DNA from: Oikopleura dioica
Lineage: Eukaryota > Animalia > Chordata
Assembly (NCBI GenBank): GCA_907165135.1
Contig: OU015567.1
Coordinates: forward strand, 15,252,001 to 15,316,000
DNA: 64,000 nucleotides
Reading direction: 5' to 3'
A model generated the notes under the pieces. The model saw nothing but the letters and a program-made list of their open reading frames with translations, was not told the origin of the DNA and ran no database searches. Positions 25,239 through 36,951 of the stretch are shown one piece after another (the stretch's first letter is position 1; each line of letters opens with the position of its first letter). The translations under genes and the position numbers were made by a program.

Positions 25239-25680
25239 TCAACCGTTGGAGTTTTTCTTCGAGTACTGGTTGACTACTTCGTTCGTGTGGTGCACCCAGA
25301 CAGCAGCTTTTCCCAAGGAAGTAGTTGGAATGGCCGTCTTGGGGACCATCTTCTCGTCTTGCAATTTACGCAAATTGCGCAAAGTATTCTCGACTCGCTC
25401 CAGATCCTCTGGCTTGAGCTCTGTCAGTTTGCGAAGGGTAGCGTCTTTGTTTCGTTTCGCAACGTTGACGTTTTTCACCGTTTCTTTGTTGAGATCGACC
25501 CTAGAAAAAACTAACATTCGATGATTTGCGAGAGACTAGCCACAGTGAAAAAAATGTGCTCACTCGTGAGACAGCATTCGTTCCAAACTGCCATCTGCAA
25601 TCACCGACGAGTACTGCCTTCTTCTTCGAGTTGAATTTTCAATCTTCTTGACCATCTTCTGGCGGATCTCGTTTAGTTGG
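25239..25680 (-). CDS. Uncharacterised small protein
   Basis: Spliced exons QLNEIRQKMVKK...MLSH| (GTGAG donor) and VDLNKETVK...YSKKNSNG*; 5' end unresolved. Confidence 0.4.
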
Positions 25681-26261
25681 GGCGTATTCTTTTGAAGCCT
25701 CAAAATTGGAAAGTGGAAAAGTTTTGAAACATTTTCGAAAACCCAAATTTTTTAAGAGCCTTCCCTGTATAGGCGGTTTCTTACAATGCGTTGAAAAGAC
25801 TAAAAGCATTTTTTTCTCTCTCTGCACTTTTCTTTTGATAATGAGCAACTGGGGGAGACTTACACTTTCGTATCGGACAAAGCGCCATAAAAACCAGAGT
25901 TTATCTCTTGGGCGTAATTGAATCACGAGTGTACTAGCTGCAATTTTCAATTGAGCTGGCCGCGGCTGGGAAATCTATCTTGCCTTATAAAGTCATGTGA
26001 GTTTCATGTAGGTCTCCTCGTGTAAAGCCCATTGTAATCAAAAGTACTCGAGCGACGTAGTAAGATGATCCCCTTCCTAAATTACTGCAAGCCTAATGAT
26101 GCTCAAGACTGTTTTGTCTAGTTCACGCTTCACCTAATTTTCGAAATTGTGTTTTTATGACAGAAAAACAGGTCTCTCTTTTCTCGAGGACCAAATTAGC
26201 AAAATCAGCTGATTGGGACAAATGAGTTTTAGTTAATTAATTTCGCATATCAAAAGGAAAC

Positions 26262-26476
26262 CAAACCCTAACCCTAACCCTAACCTAACCAAAACTCTAC
26301 CCCGAACCCAGCCCAAACCCAACCCAACCCAAACCCAAACCCAACCCAACCCAAACCCAAACCCAAACCCAAACCCAAACCCAAACCCAAACCTACCCCA
26401 AACCCAACCTAAACTCAACCCAAACCCAAACTAAACCCAAACTAAACCCAAACCCAACCCAAACCCTAACCCTAAC
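26262..26476. repeat. Interstitial telomere-like array: (CCCTAA)n at both ends, (CCCAAA)n/(CCCAA)n core
   Basis: Read directly; about 215 bp of hexamer and pentamer variants. Confidence 0.9.
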
Positions 26477-26784
26477 TTGCCTTATGCGAATAATAAAATA
26501 AGATTAATTGAAAAAGAATGAATCTGAATAAACTTGAGTTTAATGTTGATGACCTTGTTTCCAAATGCCAAAAGATATTAAAGATTAATTTGAAAGGCCG
26601 CGGAAGAAAAAGCCCCGTGCAAATAGTGGAATCCAAATCGCCCCGTTTTGGAGATTTCAAAGAAGTCCTGTGAGAGAAGAAAAACTTATTTGGGCAGTCA
26701 GTTGCTAGGGCTGGCGGCCTTGGTTGAATATATCTCCGACCAAAAGTTCTTTTTATTGATTTGATCAGATTCTAGTGGCGTCGG

Positions 26785-27785
26785 ATGAATGAAACAGAAC
26801 ATGAGGAGAGAAAAAGTGAGTCAATTATCGATTTGTCAGATTCTTGCGCAAACAGAATCCAGGGATACAAATTGCAGTGCAATTTACGGGCAGGATCAAA
26901 GAGACTAAATATTTTTACAGGCGAATATGCGAAGAGACGACAATGCTGATCAGGAAAGTGAACGAGAAGGCACTTGAGAAAGTCAAGTTGTGTGCCTAAA
27001 CGCCCACAGCTACCAGCTAACTCGGGTCTTATCGTATATTTATTGCCGTTCTTGTTAATGTTTTGATGGACTTTAACTTCCTTCCGTTCACTCAAAATTT
27101 GATACGAGATCAGCTCAAAGAGCTCAGAGAAGAAAACAAGAAGCTAAAAGGAAGGGATTTTTAATTCATGATTTTTAACTCGCATTTCTAAAAAAGCTAC
27201 ATTTCGAGTTAAAAATTCCATAAGGCCAACTGCTTGATTTTGTCGTCCGCGACGATGCAAGACAAGAAGCCGATACAGATAGCAGCGAAGATTCGTCCCT
27301 TTATGCGATGGTCCAGCAGTACATGATGGAAAACCAAGTGCTGAAAAACGAAAACAACGAATTAAAATCACAAATCGATCGTTTGAAATCAGAACTCGCT
27401 GCCAAGCACCAGCAGAAAGAGGACATCACCCAGGAAGTCCTACGCTACCTGATGAATCAAAATGCAAACACCCGAGGTTCCAACTCGTACGCCCAAATTT
27501 ACCCGAAAATGGAGCATCATCTCATTCCGCCTGCAGGAATTCCCTACAGTCCTCAGTCACTGCAAATGGGTCACTACATGCAGCGATATCCTCCAGATGA
27601 AAACATCGTCTACAGGTAAGGACCTACAGTCCTCAAATGACTAAACGCTTTCTATTGTCAAGTCCGAGCTTCCCAAGAATAGAAAGCGTGGACTCCTCCC
27701 CGAACACACCTGCTCTATTCAAGCGCGTCCCACAAAAGAAGTCCAAAATTCCAAAACACATCCAAGAAGTAATCGCAGATTAGCG
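26785..27785 (+). CDS. Uncharacterised coiled-coil protein with P/Y/Q-rich tail
   Basis: ORF 27308-27619 (ENQVLKNENNELKSQIDRLKSEL) plus flanking short exons; boundaries approximate. Confidence 0.45.
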
Positions 27786-28137
27786 CCAGAAAGAACCAAC
27801 AACTTATCTAATTCAGAGAAACCGCGAGATCGACCGATTATCAAGAATCAACCGCTCCGCTCAATCTGACATTGACGAAATCAACAAGCAAATTCAAATG
27901 TATAAAAAGCTGAATAGAACCCAACGCCTGCCGAGATAAAAACAAAATAAATAATCTTCTATATTTTATTCTCATTATAAATAATTTGTAAATTGCGGCC
28001 GAGTTACTTTCGGAATCGGAGTTCGCGTCATTTCAGAGAGACTCGGCGTCTCTAAAGCTCAAGTCATTGCTAAGCAAATCTACTGGCAAAACCAGGTCTT
28101 TGCAAGTTCTCGTGAATTTCCGATCCTTCCATTGGCC

Positions 28138-29453
28138 TCAGAATCGTTTGATCGTGCATGTTCTCCGAAGTGTACTCCAAGCCTGACGATTCGTCCGCCT
28201 GACTTTGACGAGTAATAAGATCAGAAAAGAACGGAATAAATTTAACGCGATTTCAATAACTAAATTATCGTCTTGATATTTTTTGACCTCTAACGATTCG
28301 ACGTTGGCGAGATGAATTTGCTCCAGCACTTGATGATTCCGTAAACGAATAGAATCGCCAAAACTAAAACTTTACACTTCATCTTTAGACGGAGACTCTT
28401 ACGGGATAGAGCGCAAACATTGAATATGGGATTCGTAGGAAGCTGGAAGTCTTTTTTCATAAGTGTAGCCAACATAGCATTTATGATACGAAAATATATT
28501 CTGCAGCCGTTTGCATTCTTCGCGGCTTATATTTCTTGTTCACTAGAATTACCTTCTTCCTGAGAAGCCGATTCCTGTATCTCCTTCTTTGCAGCTACAG
28601 TAATAGTTTTCCAGATTTCGCAGCGCTTTTAAACAACGCGACTTTATCCTATTTTCGTTAGGGCTGACATCGCAATCATCTTTGAACAGCGAAACTATTA
28701 CTTGTTTAGAAACCTGTTCGATAAATAAGTCCACTGCATCTTCGACAAGTCCCTAAGCATTCAGAACTAGCTGTGTGATAGTGTTCAGCGCAGACATTGT
28801 CTGCCTCGCACTGAGACTGAATAACGTCGCACGGAGGCCAAAGTGGATTTCGAAGACAATCCCAAGGAGCAAAATCTGGAGGAAAGCCTAGACACTTTTT
28901 GCCGCTCTCGCAGCACTTGTAAAATTGCCTGTGAAACTGAACCATGATCGTGTCTTGGTTCGGATACCACAGTCTGCTGATATTGCCGGCACAGTCGCCT
29001 TTATTGCAAATTTCAAATCGAGACGTTCCATAATCATTTTTCGCTATGTAGCAGGCTTTATTGATGGCATTGAGAACGCTTGAGCATTCAGAATGCCCAC
29101 GGCAGTCTGTAAAATTTTTGGATTTTGCTTGTACAATTAAACCTTACCCTTGTATCTCTGATAAGGACTCTTTTATTCTCTTTTAGGCAGATAAGAAAAG
29201 GTCGGGTTAGAGTTAGGTAAAGGTTTGGACTGAGTAAGGGTTAGGGTCTTATTTGGTTACTCTTTGGTTAGGGTTTGTGTAAAGCTTGGCTAGGGTAAGA
29301 GAAAGATAATTTCGGGCCCTACTCTGATCACAAATTTCTTGTAGTGAAGGTTCATCTGATTTCCTGGAAATGTGGCACATTTCTCTTCACGGGCTTCATA
29401 AACTCACTCAAACATGCAAGAAAAACGAAGCAACAAAAGATCTGCTTGACCAT
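28138..29453 (-). CDS. Secreted or membrane cysteine-rich protein, GDNF-receptor/GAS1-like cysteine spacing
   Basis: Signal-like MVKQIFCCFVFLACL; EICDQNCRGHSECSSVLNAINKAC; CDVIQSQCEADNVCAEHY; CLKALRNLENYYCSC; hydrophobic C-terminal stretch. Family assignment rests on Cys pattern only. Confidence 0.4.
29200..29300. repeat. Degenerate TTAGGG-like G-rich tract in an intron
   Basis: GGGTTAGAGTTAGG...GGGTTAGGG...GGTTAGGG...GGCTAGGG. Confidence 0.45.
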
Positions 29454-30229
29454 TAATGATCAACCTCAGAAGCCATCGAATCGATGCGAATTTAGTTTGC
29501 GTTTTTCAAGATAATTGCATTTGAACGCCAAATGAATGCGAACGAAGCTCAAGCTTGTTATAAAACATAATTGCTGCTGATTATCATGTTTTTCGAGCTG
29601 GATCCAGAATAATTTATTTATTGGAAAAAATGTCGGAACAGTTGATCATGCGAAAAATGTTAGTAGAAATTGGGAAGATAATATCATACACAATGCTAGA
29701 AAAGAAGAGAGATTCGAAAACTTATTTCGATATTTTTTATTGAAATAAGAAGTCAACAGCTTAGGAAGTAAGATCAATGGATAATAATAAAGGTATCGTA
29801 TATTTATAAACAAGAATAAATGAAATTAACAGAGAAGCATTTACCAAATTGGAAGATTTCAACATGTAGGGGTCTAGTCTTTTTCGGATATTTTGGGGCG
29901 TAGAAGTCAAAAGATAAATGAACTGATAATATAAAGGTTTCAAGGCGGTTTTTGTTCGTTTTTGTATATTTTCAACTTTGGGGACTTTTGTGCAAGGAAG
30001 TATTTATAGAAGTATATTTCGAGAAGCATTTTTTGACTATTTCGTTTTGGTAATTTTGAAGCAGTCGACATGTTGCATCATTGAGGAAGATATTGAAGGA
30101 AAAGCAGGAAGGAGTTAGTCAGGCAGAGATCGTGAGACCTTTTTTTTTCAGGCAACTTCTGTTTCGAAAGAGATTCGGAAGTTCGATGGAAATTAGCAGC
30201 TAGGTTCGTAGTGGCGATCGACGAGTAAT

Positions 30230-32972
30230 TTAGATGAAGGCTTCGGAGTCCTGGTTCGACGTCAGAGCTCGGTGTTCCGAGTCGCCTTGGGTCGAGATGT
30301 CCTAGAATGCAAGTAAGATTTTTTAAGAGAATAAAAGGCGGTCGGGATGGTTCAAAACTTAGAACAAGTTTGACTTTTTTAAGTTTTTCCATCTTATGCT
30401 TCGAATTTTCTGATGAATCATGGAAAAATGAAGTTTTTTGTTTACCTAGAACTAAACCAAAACCTCTTGATCGTCCTACAAAGCTCTTACACAAAGAAAG
30501 AAGTCTAGGAATACATACCGTATAGGAGTATCCATATCCGCCCTTCATCGAGTTCCGTCTGTTCCACTGTCTCCATCCGATAAAGCCCAAAACTGCGAGA
30601 ACTGCGCCAAGGAAAACTCCGCCAAACATGAATCCGGGTCCACCGGAACTGCCACCCTCGATCGGCGTAACAACAACCAGTTCATTGTAGTTAATCGTGT
30701 TCAGAGTCTAAGAAATATTTTACGATCGATGAGATGTAAGATTTCTACCTTTCCAATAAGCTCTGGTGGTGAGGAACACTTCAACTCAGTTGGCTGGAAG
30801 ACGTTGTAAATTTTAGAGCTGGTCTTGCTGTTTTCAAAGTGGTCCTTGAACGGCTTCAATCTCGTGTCGCAAACGAGGTTGTTTCCATCGATGAAAATCC
30901 TCTCCAATTTCGTGTTCGTGACAGCTTCTAAATGAAGAGATCAGAATCGCAAGAACTCGGCGGGTAACTAACCTTTGACCCAGTCCATGTCCAGATGATC
31001 GAGCTTGTTGTCTTCGAGGTGAATAAACTTGAGCTTCTTCAGGCCATAGAAAGCTTGGCTCTCAATCTTTTCGATCCTAAATGAACTGTTAGTTTTTCAT
31101 CGATTGAATAGCGCTCTTACTTGTTGTTCTTCAGGTACAAATATTCGAGATTGTCCATTCCTTGGAAGGCGTAGCTTGGAATAGTCTTGAGGAAGTTATG
31201 ATCCAGAACGAGGATTTGAACATTGTCCAAGCCGTCAAACTGAAAATTCAATTTATTCAACTGGCAATAGAATTAAACTGATTACCATCTGGGCTCTGAG
31301 CTCATCGAGTCGATTGTCTCTCATTGTTAGAATTCTCAAGTCGCCACAGTCCGAGAACGCGCCGTTTTCGATATTTTTGATTCTATTCGAGTCCACTTTC
31401 AGCTCTCGAATCTGTTTCATCTTACGGCAGAGGCCTTTCTCGATCTCTGGGACTTTGTTCAAAGTCATGTCCAGATGAGTGTAGTGGGATTTGATGATCG
31501 GAATCTTGGTGAGTGCTCTTCCGCTATCTCCGACGTTTTCAGCGTCTGAGCAATCCACGGTGGAGGAGCTACACTCGCAGTTCGCAGGACAATCCGAGTC
31601 GATGTCAATTCGATAGTCATTGTCGAATTCAAAGTCCTCATTGTTGATACCGGGCAAGTGATAGTCGTTACTATCTAGTCGCTGTCCGTTCTTTTCCATT
31701 CCACCGTCGATCCATTCGTAATCATCACGTGTCTTCTTCCACTCGTTGTCATCACGGTCGTACTCCCATCCATCTTCATCAAGGTCGTCTTCGTCGTAGT
31801 CATCTCTATCATTGTCATCGAAAGGTGATGAACCAGTGACTGTAATTTTTGTAGAAGCCTCCATCGACCCAGCAGAATTCGTTGCTACGCAGCGGTAGAT
31901 ACCTTGATCAGCCTTTCGAAGATCTTCGATAAGAAGCGCGCCGTCCTGGTGAACTGTGATGCCTTCAAAGTCTTCGGATTGAAGCCGGTAGACATCTCCG
32001 TTTGGAGCTTTCCACTCGATCTTTGGTTGCGGAACTCCTTCGGCGAGGCACTTTAGGAGGAGCATTTTGCCTGCATCAACTGTTGATGACTTTGAGATTC
32101 CAGTAATCTTTGGTGGCGTGCACGGAGTAAGTTTGCTTGACAAACTGCTCCAGTTGAACATGTCCATTCCTAGGTTGTGAGTGTCATCTTTGTTGTTGCA
32201 TTTGAGTGATGAGCCTCCTCTTTCAAGAAAACTTGTCATCATCCTCTTGATTGTTGGGTTCTGTAGAAAGTTCTTTTCGTTTTGAAGATCACAGTCGCAC
32301 GCCCATGGATTTCCGTCGAGCATGACTTCTTGCAGATTATCATCGATAATGCTTGTAAACCATTTTGACTTGAACTCGGTAAGCTTGTTGTTCGCCAAAT
32401 TGAGTGTTCGTAGTCTTTTGAGCTCGTCAAAGGCGTGGGGATGAACGAAGAATAAATCATTGTCCGAAAGGTTAATTTCTTGGATCTCCTGGAGATCATA
32501 GAAGAGAAAGTGCTGGATAAATTCGAATTTGTTGTTCGACAAGTCGAGCGTCTTCAAATGAACGGGATTCCACTGGAAGATATCGTCCTCGATTTCGTTG
32601 AGCTGGTTGTATGCCAAGTTCAGGTTCTCGAGATTATCAAGTCCATCAAAGGCGTCAAAGTGGATCTCGCGGATATTGTTATGACTCAGGTTCAAATCAA
32701 CGAGGTCTAAAAAGGGAAAGATGAATACATTGAATTATCAAAAGAAATTTACCTTCGAGCTCGTCGGGCAATTCATTGACATAGTTAATATTATTGTAAG
32801 ACAAGTCCAGTCGAGTTTTTCCGCGAGGAAAGCTTCCAGGAATAGCCTTCAGTCCCTTGTTGGAACAATCGACGACTGTGCTGTAGCAATTGCAATTCTG
32901 AAGCTCAGGATAGGATGATCCGCACGACGAGGAGTACGCGCTTCCGACGAGAACCGACCCAAGAAGCTTCAT
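30230..32972 (-). CDS. Type I membrane protein: signal, LRRNT-LRRs-LRRCT, Ig (I-set), acidic linker, second LRRNT-LRRs-LRRCT, TM, short tail
   Basis: CNCYSTVVDCSNKGL (LRRNT); repeated LxxLxLxxNxL; GNPWACDC (LRRCT); LLKCLAEGVPQPKIEW...DQGIYRCVATN (Ig); CPANCECSSSTVDC (second LRRNT); GNNLVCD...LKCSSPPELIG (second LRRCT); FMFGGVFLGAVLAVLGFIGW (TM). Confidence 0.85.
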
Positions 32973-34505
32973 CGTCTCTGGTTTTTTTTCTTTCTTCGTC
33001 TTCCCGAAATCGATGTCACGAATTCAACTTATCTCTGTCTGAAAATAAAGCCGCGTTATTTCTTTTATCAGTCCCTGGATACAGCAAAATATCTCTATTT
33101 AAAGATTTTGAAAAGAAAAAGAATAAAAAAGAGCGGCCCGGGTATACCAAGCCATACAAATTGTACGCGCTGAAGCATGACCAAGACGCGGGCGCTCGTG
33201 CTTTTTGTTCTTCAACAATACGGGTCTCCTTTTGTTGGCTCAGCAAATTTCTCAAATGCTCGTAAAATTTCACCCTCTTGGTCCAAAAATAAAGCGCATC
33301 AAACGCGCCTGGGTCAGTCTTCAATCATATTATAAAAAGAGCAATAAAGAGCTTTGCTGAGGGGTTTATGTGTCCAACTCGCTGTCTCCGTGACATTTGG
33401 CTCTTTTCTCTTGTCCTGCTGAGTTCCGAGTTCTCCCCCTTTTCTCGCTAATATTAATTTAATTCTGTCGATGGACAATATTCAAAAAGTGATCATCACT
33501 GAATTGCGCCGCCGTAGTATGAAAAAATCAATTTTGTTCTCGACGGGCAGCGTGTCAGGAGTGATAAATAACCACTTCATGGCGGGTGTTAAAAAAGGGG
33601 TGACCCCCAAGGCAGTATCCCAGGTGGCTGAAAAATTTTTCTATGATAGAAATTTGGCGCGCTTTTCACACTTCTTTTTTCTCACGGGGATGGTAAGCGC
33701 CGTTCTTTGAAAACACGGGTGAAAATGTGTCTGCAAATAATTGTCCGCAACTCATTAAAAGAACCAGCTGAGTAAATTTACCTTTCGCGCGGTTAGCTAC
33801 AAGAAACTCTTTCACTCTGCCGCGAGATCGCTAAGCTAGGTTTCCAAGTAGCGAGTCGGTTTTTACGAGCACGTTTATGATACGTTTACGGTCAAATCAT
33901 ACTGAGTAATGTTACCAGGAAATACTCTTGACTGTGTCATATTCTCTTGCTTCAGAACGAAGTGACTCAAAAATAAGCGGAAATGTGCACTCATCAATAT
34001 TAAAATCACTCTAAAATAGTTCAAGCGATTTAATAAATACGGTATAGTACGCTGGATAAATTTGCTGGATCAATAAAGAGTCTTTTTTTCTCTAAATTTT
34101 TCTTTCAAATGAGAGACGAAAAAGTCTTGATCTTGAAAACAGTGAATGAGGATCACGTTTTTTTAAATAAAAGAGACGAAAACCAAGCTGTAAATTACCC
34201 TCGCAGGCCAGTAATTATCGTCCTTGGGTGAGCTCCAGCTCGTCCGCTTATGATTAGAAAATCTCTGTTACTAGCAACTTACTGATTAATTCGGCGGCAA
34301 TTTTTCTCAGGGGCTTTGAATCTCAAAGTACCTCCAACCTTTATTTATAAATATTCTCTTGCCTCGCCATCTAGATAATAAAAATAATATTGATTATCGG
34401 CCACTGGGTGGAGAATATGATCTGCGACACTTGTTATTGGAAATATGAAGAAGGTAATCAAGGCGGATTGAAACATATTGAAGAAAAGAAGATACATTTG
34501 AACTC

Positions 34506-36951
34506 TCAGAATTTCCAGTCCCAGGGAATGATCAGAAATCCATCGAAGTGTTTTCGATAGTTTTTGGAAATAAGAAGTCGGTTGCCAACTGTGAATAGGA
34601 TTTGATTTTGAAATTGAAAATTTCAACAGTCCATTTGGATTCCGCAATCTGTGTAAAAACCTGACTCACGACCTAAACAAGCTTCGCTAGAATGAATAAA
34701 TAGACTGTAATCGTAGGTTTCCCGAAGCCGCCTCGCGGCTTCGTTCTCAAAAAAGCCGCTACGCGGCTTTTCATTCAAGCTCGTTTCGGCCCTAACTCGG
34801 GTTTTTTCACAGGTTGCCGAGTCCAGCTGTCAGTATCTTTAATTACCCCTAAGATGGATTCACACTAATAAAATTGTAATTTTCGAGAGATTCTCATTTA
34901 GAATCACTAATTAGGTTTCAAAGTAATTTTATCCTCTTTCCTATTAACGGATAGTTATCAAGAATCTTCGACCTCTGCAGTCTCTGGAGACAGTCGACCA
35001 TTTTCGAATCCGGCAGACCTGGCTGCTTCCGAATCTCCTTGATGCCATAAGTTTCGCAAAGCCGCTCTTCGAGAAAATTTCTCCTTCTCTTGAGCTGTCG
35101 ATAAAATTGCCTTCGCTCTCTTGCTTCTTCGGAGAATGTGCTGAGGTGTTCAATTAATTGCTCTGGACGGATATCGTATCTGACGAGGAAGGAGCCTCGT
35201 TCTGTCACGGAGAATGACGTCGTTTTTTCTCTGCTGGAAGTTACACAAAATTAATCAAAATCCCCCGAGGGCGTGAATTACCAAGAGGTTGAATGATTAG
35301 GCTATGTTTCATCACGCTAGTTCCGAAAAGAAAGCTTCTAATCTACTTAAACTTTCGGAGAAAACAATCACCCTCGTTTAAAAGTAAGTTTTGCATAACC
35401 GTCCTTTCTGATGGGAAAATAACGCCCGTCTCCCACTGGGCAATATCAATTTCCAGCTCAAACTGACTCATACTGTGCTCATCAAGCACTTCATTGAGCA
35501 TGTACAAGTGGTGTAGCAAAATGCCAATGCGCTCCTTGTACAGTAGTATCTCGACTGGTCGGGCAATCTGTGAGCCGCCGACAGCACCGATTGCAAGCGG
35601 TCGGAGAATTTTAATCCCTCCGAGGATTCGCCGCAGTTCGTACTCTTTGTAGTCCGTATCTTTGATCAAGTACTGCAGGTCCGTCTGGTTGTATCTTCGT
35701 AGAAATCGCGCCCAGTCTTCGGCCTGGTCAAGAACTGCGAGACAAATGGTATGACGAGCGGCGCGGTCGGCCGCCAGTGTCGTATGATGAAGGTCCGAGA
35801 AGATTACTTTTGTTCCCTCCAAGTGTCCGAGGCTGTCCAAGTGACGCTGCACCGTTCTGTGAAAGCCCCCGATGACGCCAGTTTGTAAATTGAGGCCCAT
35901 TGTCGAGCACCATAGAAACTCTTTCAACTTGAGCTGCTCCTTAATCTCTTCCATTCTTTTTCGCACCAGTTGTGTTCGCCGAAAATGCTTTATTTCGTTA
36001 ATAGCGACATCAGTCAATTCAACACACCTTGGACTGTAACTTCACCGCTTCCTCGAGATACAGTCTGAGCCATTTTTCCAGCGCGGGGTTGAGATCTAAC
36101 GATGGAATGTTCACTTTCTTGCCGAAGGAGAATATGTCGTCATCAAAATTGACAGATGCTTGATTTCGATGATGAGTCCTCGTGGATTCATCCCTCGCGT
36201 TTTTACTCGATATCAAATATTCTAAGTGGGTTGTAGTCAGACCAGTGCCCTGAAGAAAGAGGTCTGTTTTATTTATGCGGTTATTGAGTATCTACTTTCA
36301 TTCAGAATGTCGCACTTAGATATTTATCGATGCTTTTCTATCACGAGTTATTTGATCACGAGTTGCGAGATTCTCAATTTTGAGAATCTTTCGCAAGTAC
36401 CTTCAGACACTTTTCTATTCCATCAAGGACATCGTCAGACTGCAACAAAAGGGACACTGATCGAGGAAGCTGTTTTCCTTCTTTGAGATAAAAAGTAATC
36501 GGCAACTTGAGAAGCTCCTTTATGGCTGGGGTCGACAACCTGTGTACAAAACCTGAGTCAGGGTCCTGAAAGAGCAATAATTAAAGCTGCATATGCGGCT
36601 TTTTCAAATACGAAGCCGCACAGCGGCTTCCCCAAAATTACAAGTCACAGGCCTTACACAGGCTTTCTACACAGGTTGCCGATCCCAGCTTTTTGGTCTT
36701 CATCTCGTTGAGGCTGGAAATCCATCCGTGAAGATTCGAAAGCGACTTCGAATTAACTTCGCGGATGTCCGGATGCTGCCCGAAGAGATCTGGGTGGATC
36801 TGACCGTCATTTGCTCAAAATTATGCATCTAAGTCTAGTTATCAAACAGTTTGCTATTTTTTCAGAGCAAAACCTTGGTTATCAAAGGCTTGAGCGCGCC
36901 GTTGATTTCAGAATTCGTCAGTCGCCCGAGAAGTGAAAACGAGACATACAT
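34506..36951 (-). CDS. TCAIM: T-cell activation inhibitor, mitochondrial (C3orf23 family)
   Basis: ALKPLITK|IHPDLFGQHP...ITFYL matches the DUF4460 HPDxFGQxP motif; the C-terminal DGFLIIPWDWKF* matches the TCAIM end. Start approximate. Confidence 0.85.
34635..34826. mobile_element. MITE family A copy in the last TCAIM intron
   Basis: CAATCTGTGTAAAAACCTGACTCA ... CCTAACTCGGGTTTTTTCACAGGTTGCCGAGTCCAG, with internal GAAGCCGC/GCGGCTTC hairpins. Confidence 0.8.
36526..36688. mobile_element. MITE family A copy coextensive with a TCAIM intron
   Basis: CTGGGGTCGACAACCTGTGTACAAAACCTGAGTCAGG ... CTACACAGGTTGCCGATCCCAG; coding sequence abuts both ends. Confidence 0.85.

Noticed and set aside
33471-33710. 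79-aa ORF upstream of the LRR-Ig gene
   Set aside because: No domain or splice support; lies in a probable regulatory intergenic region.
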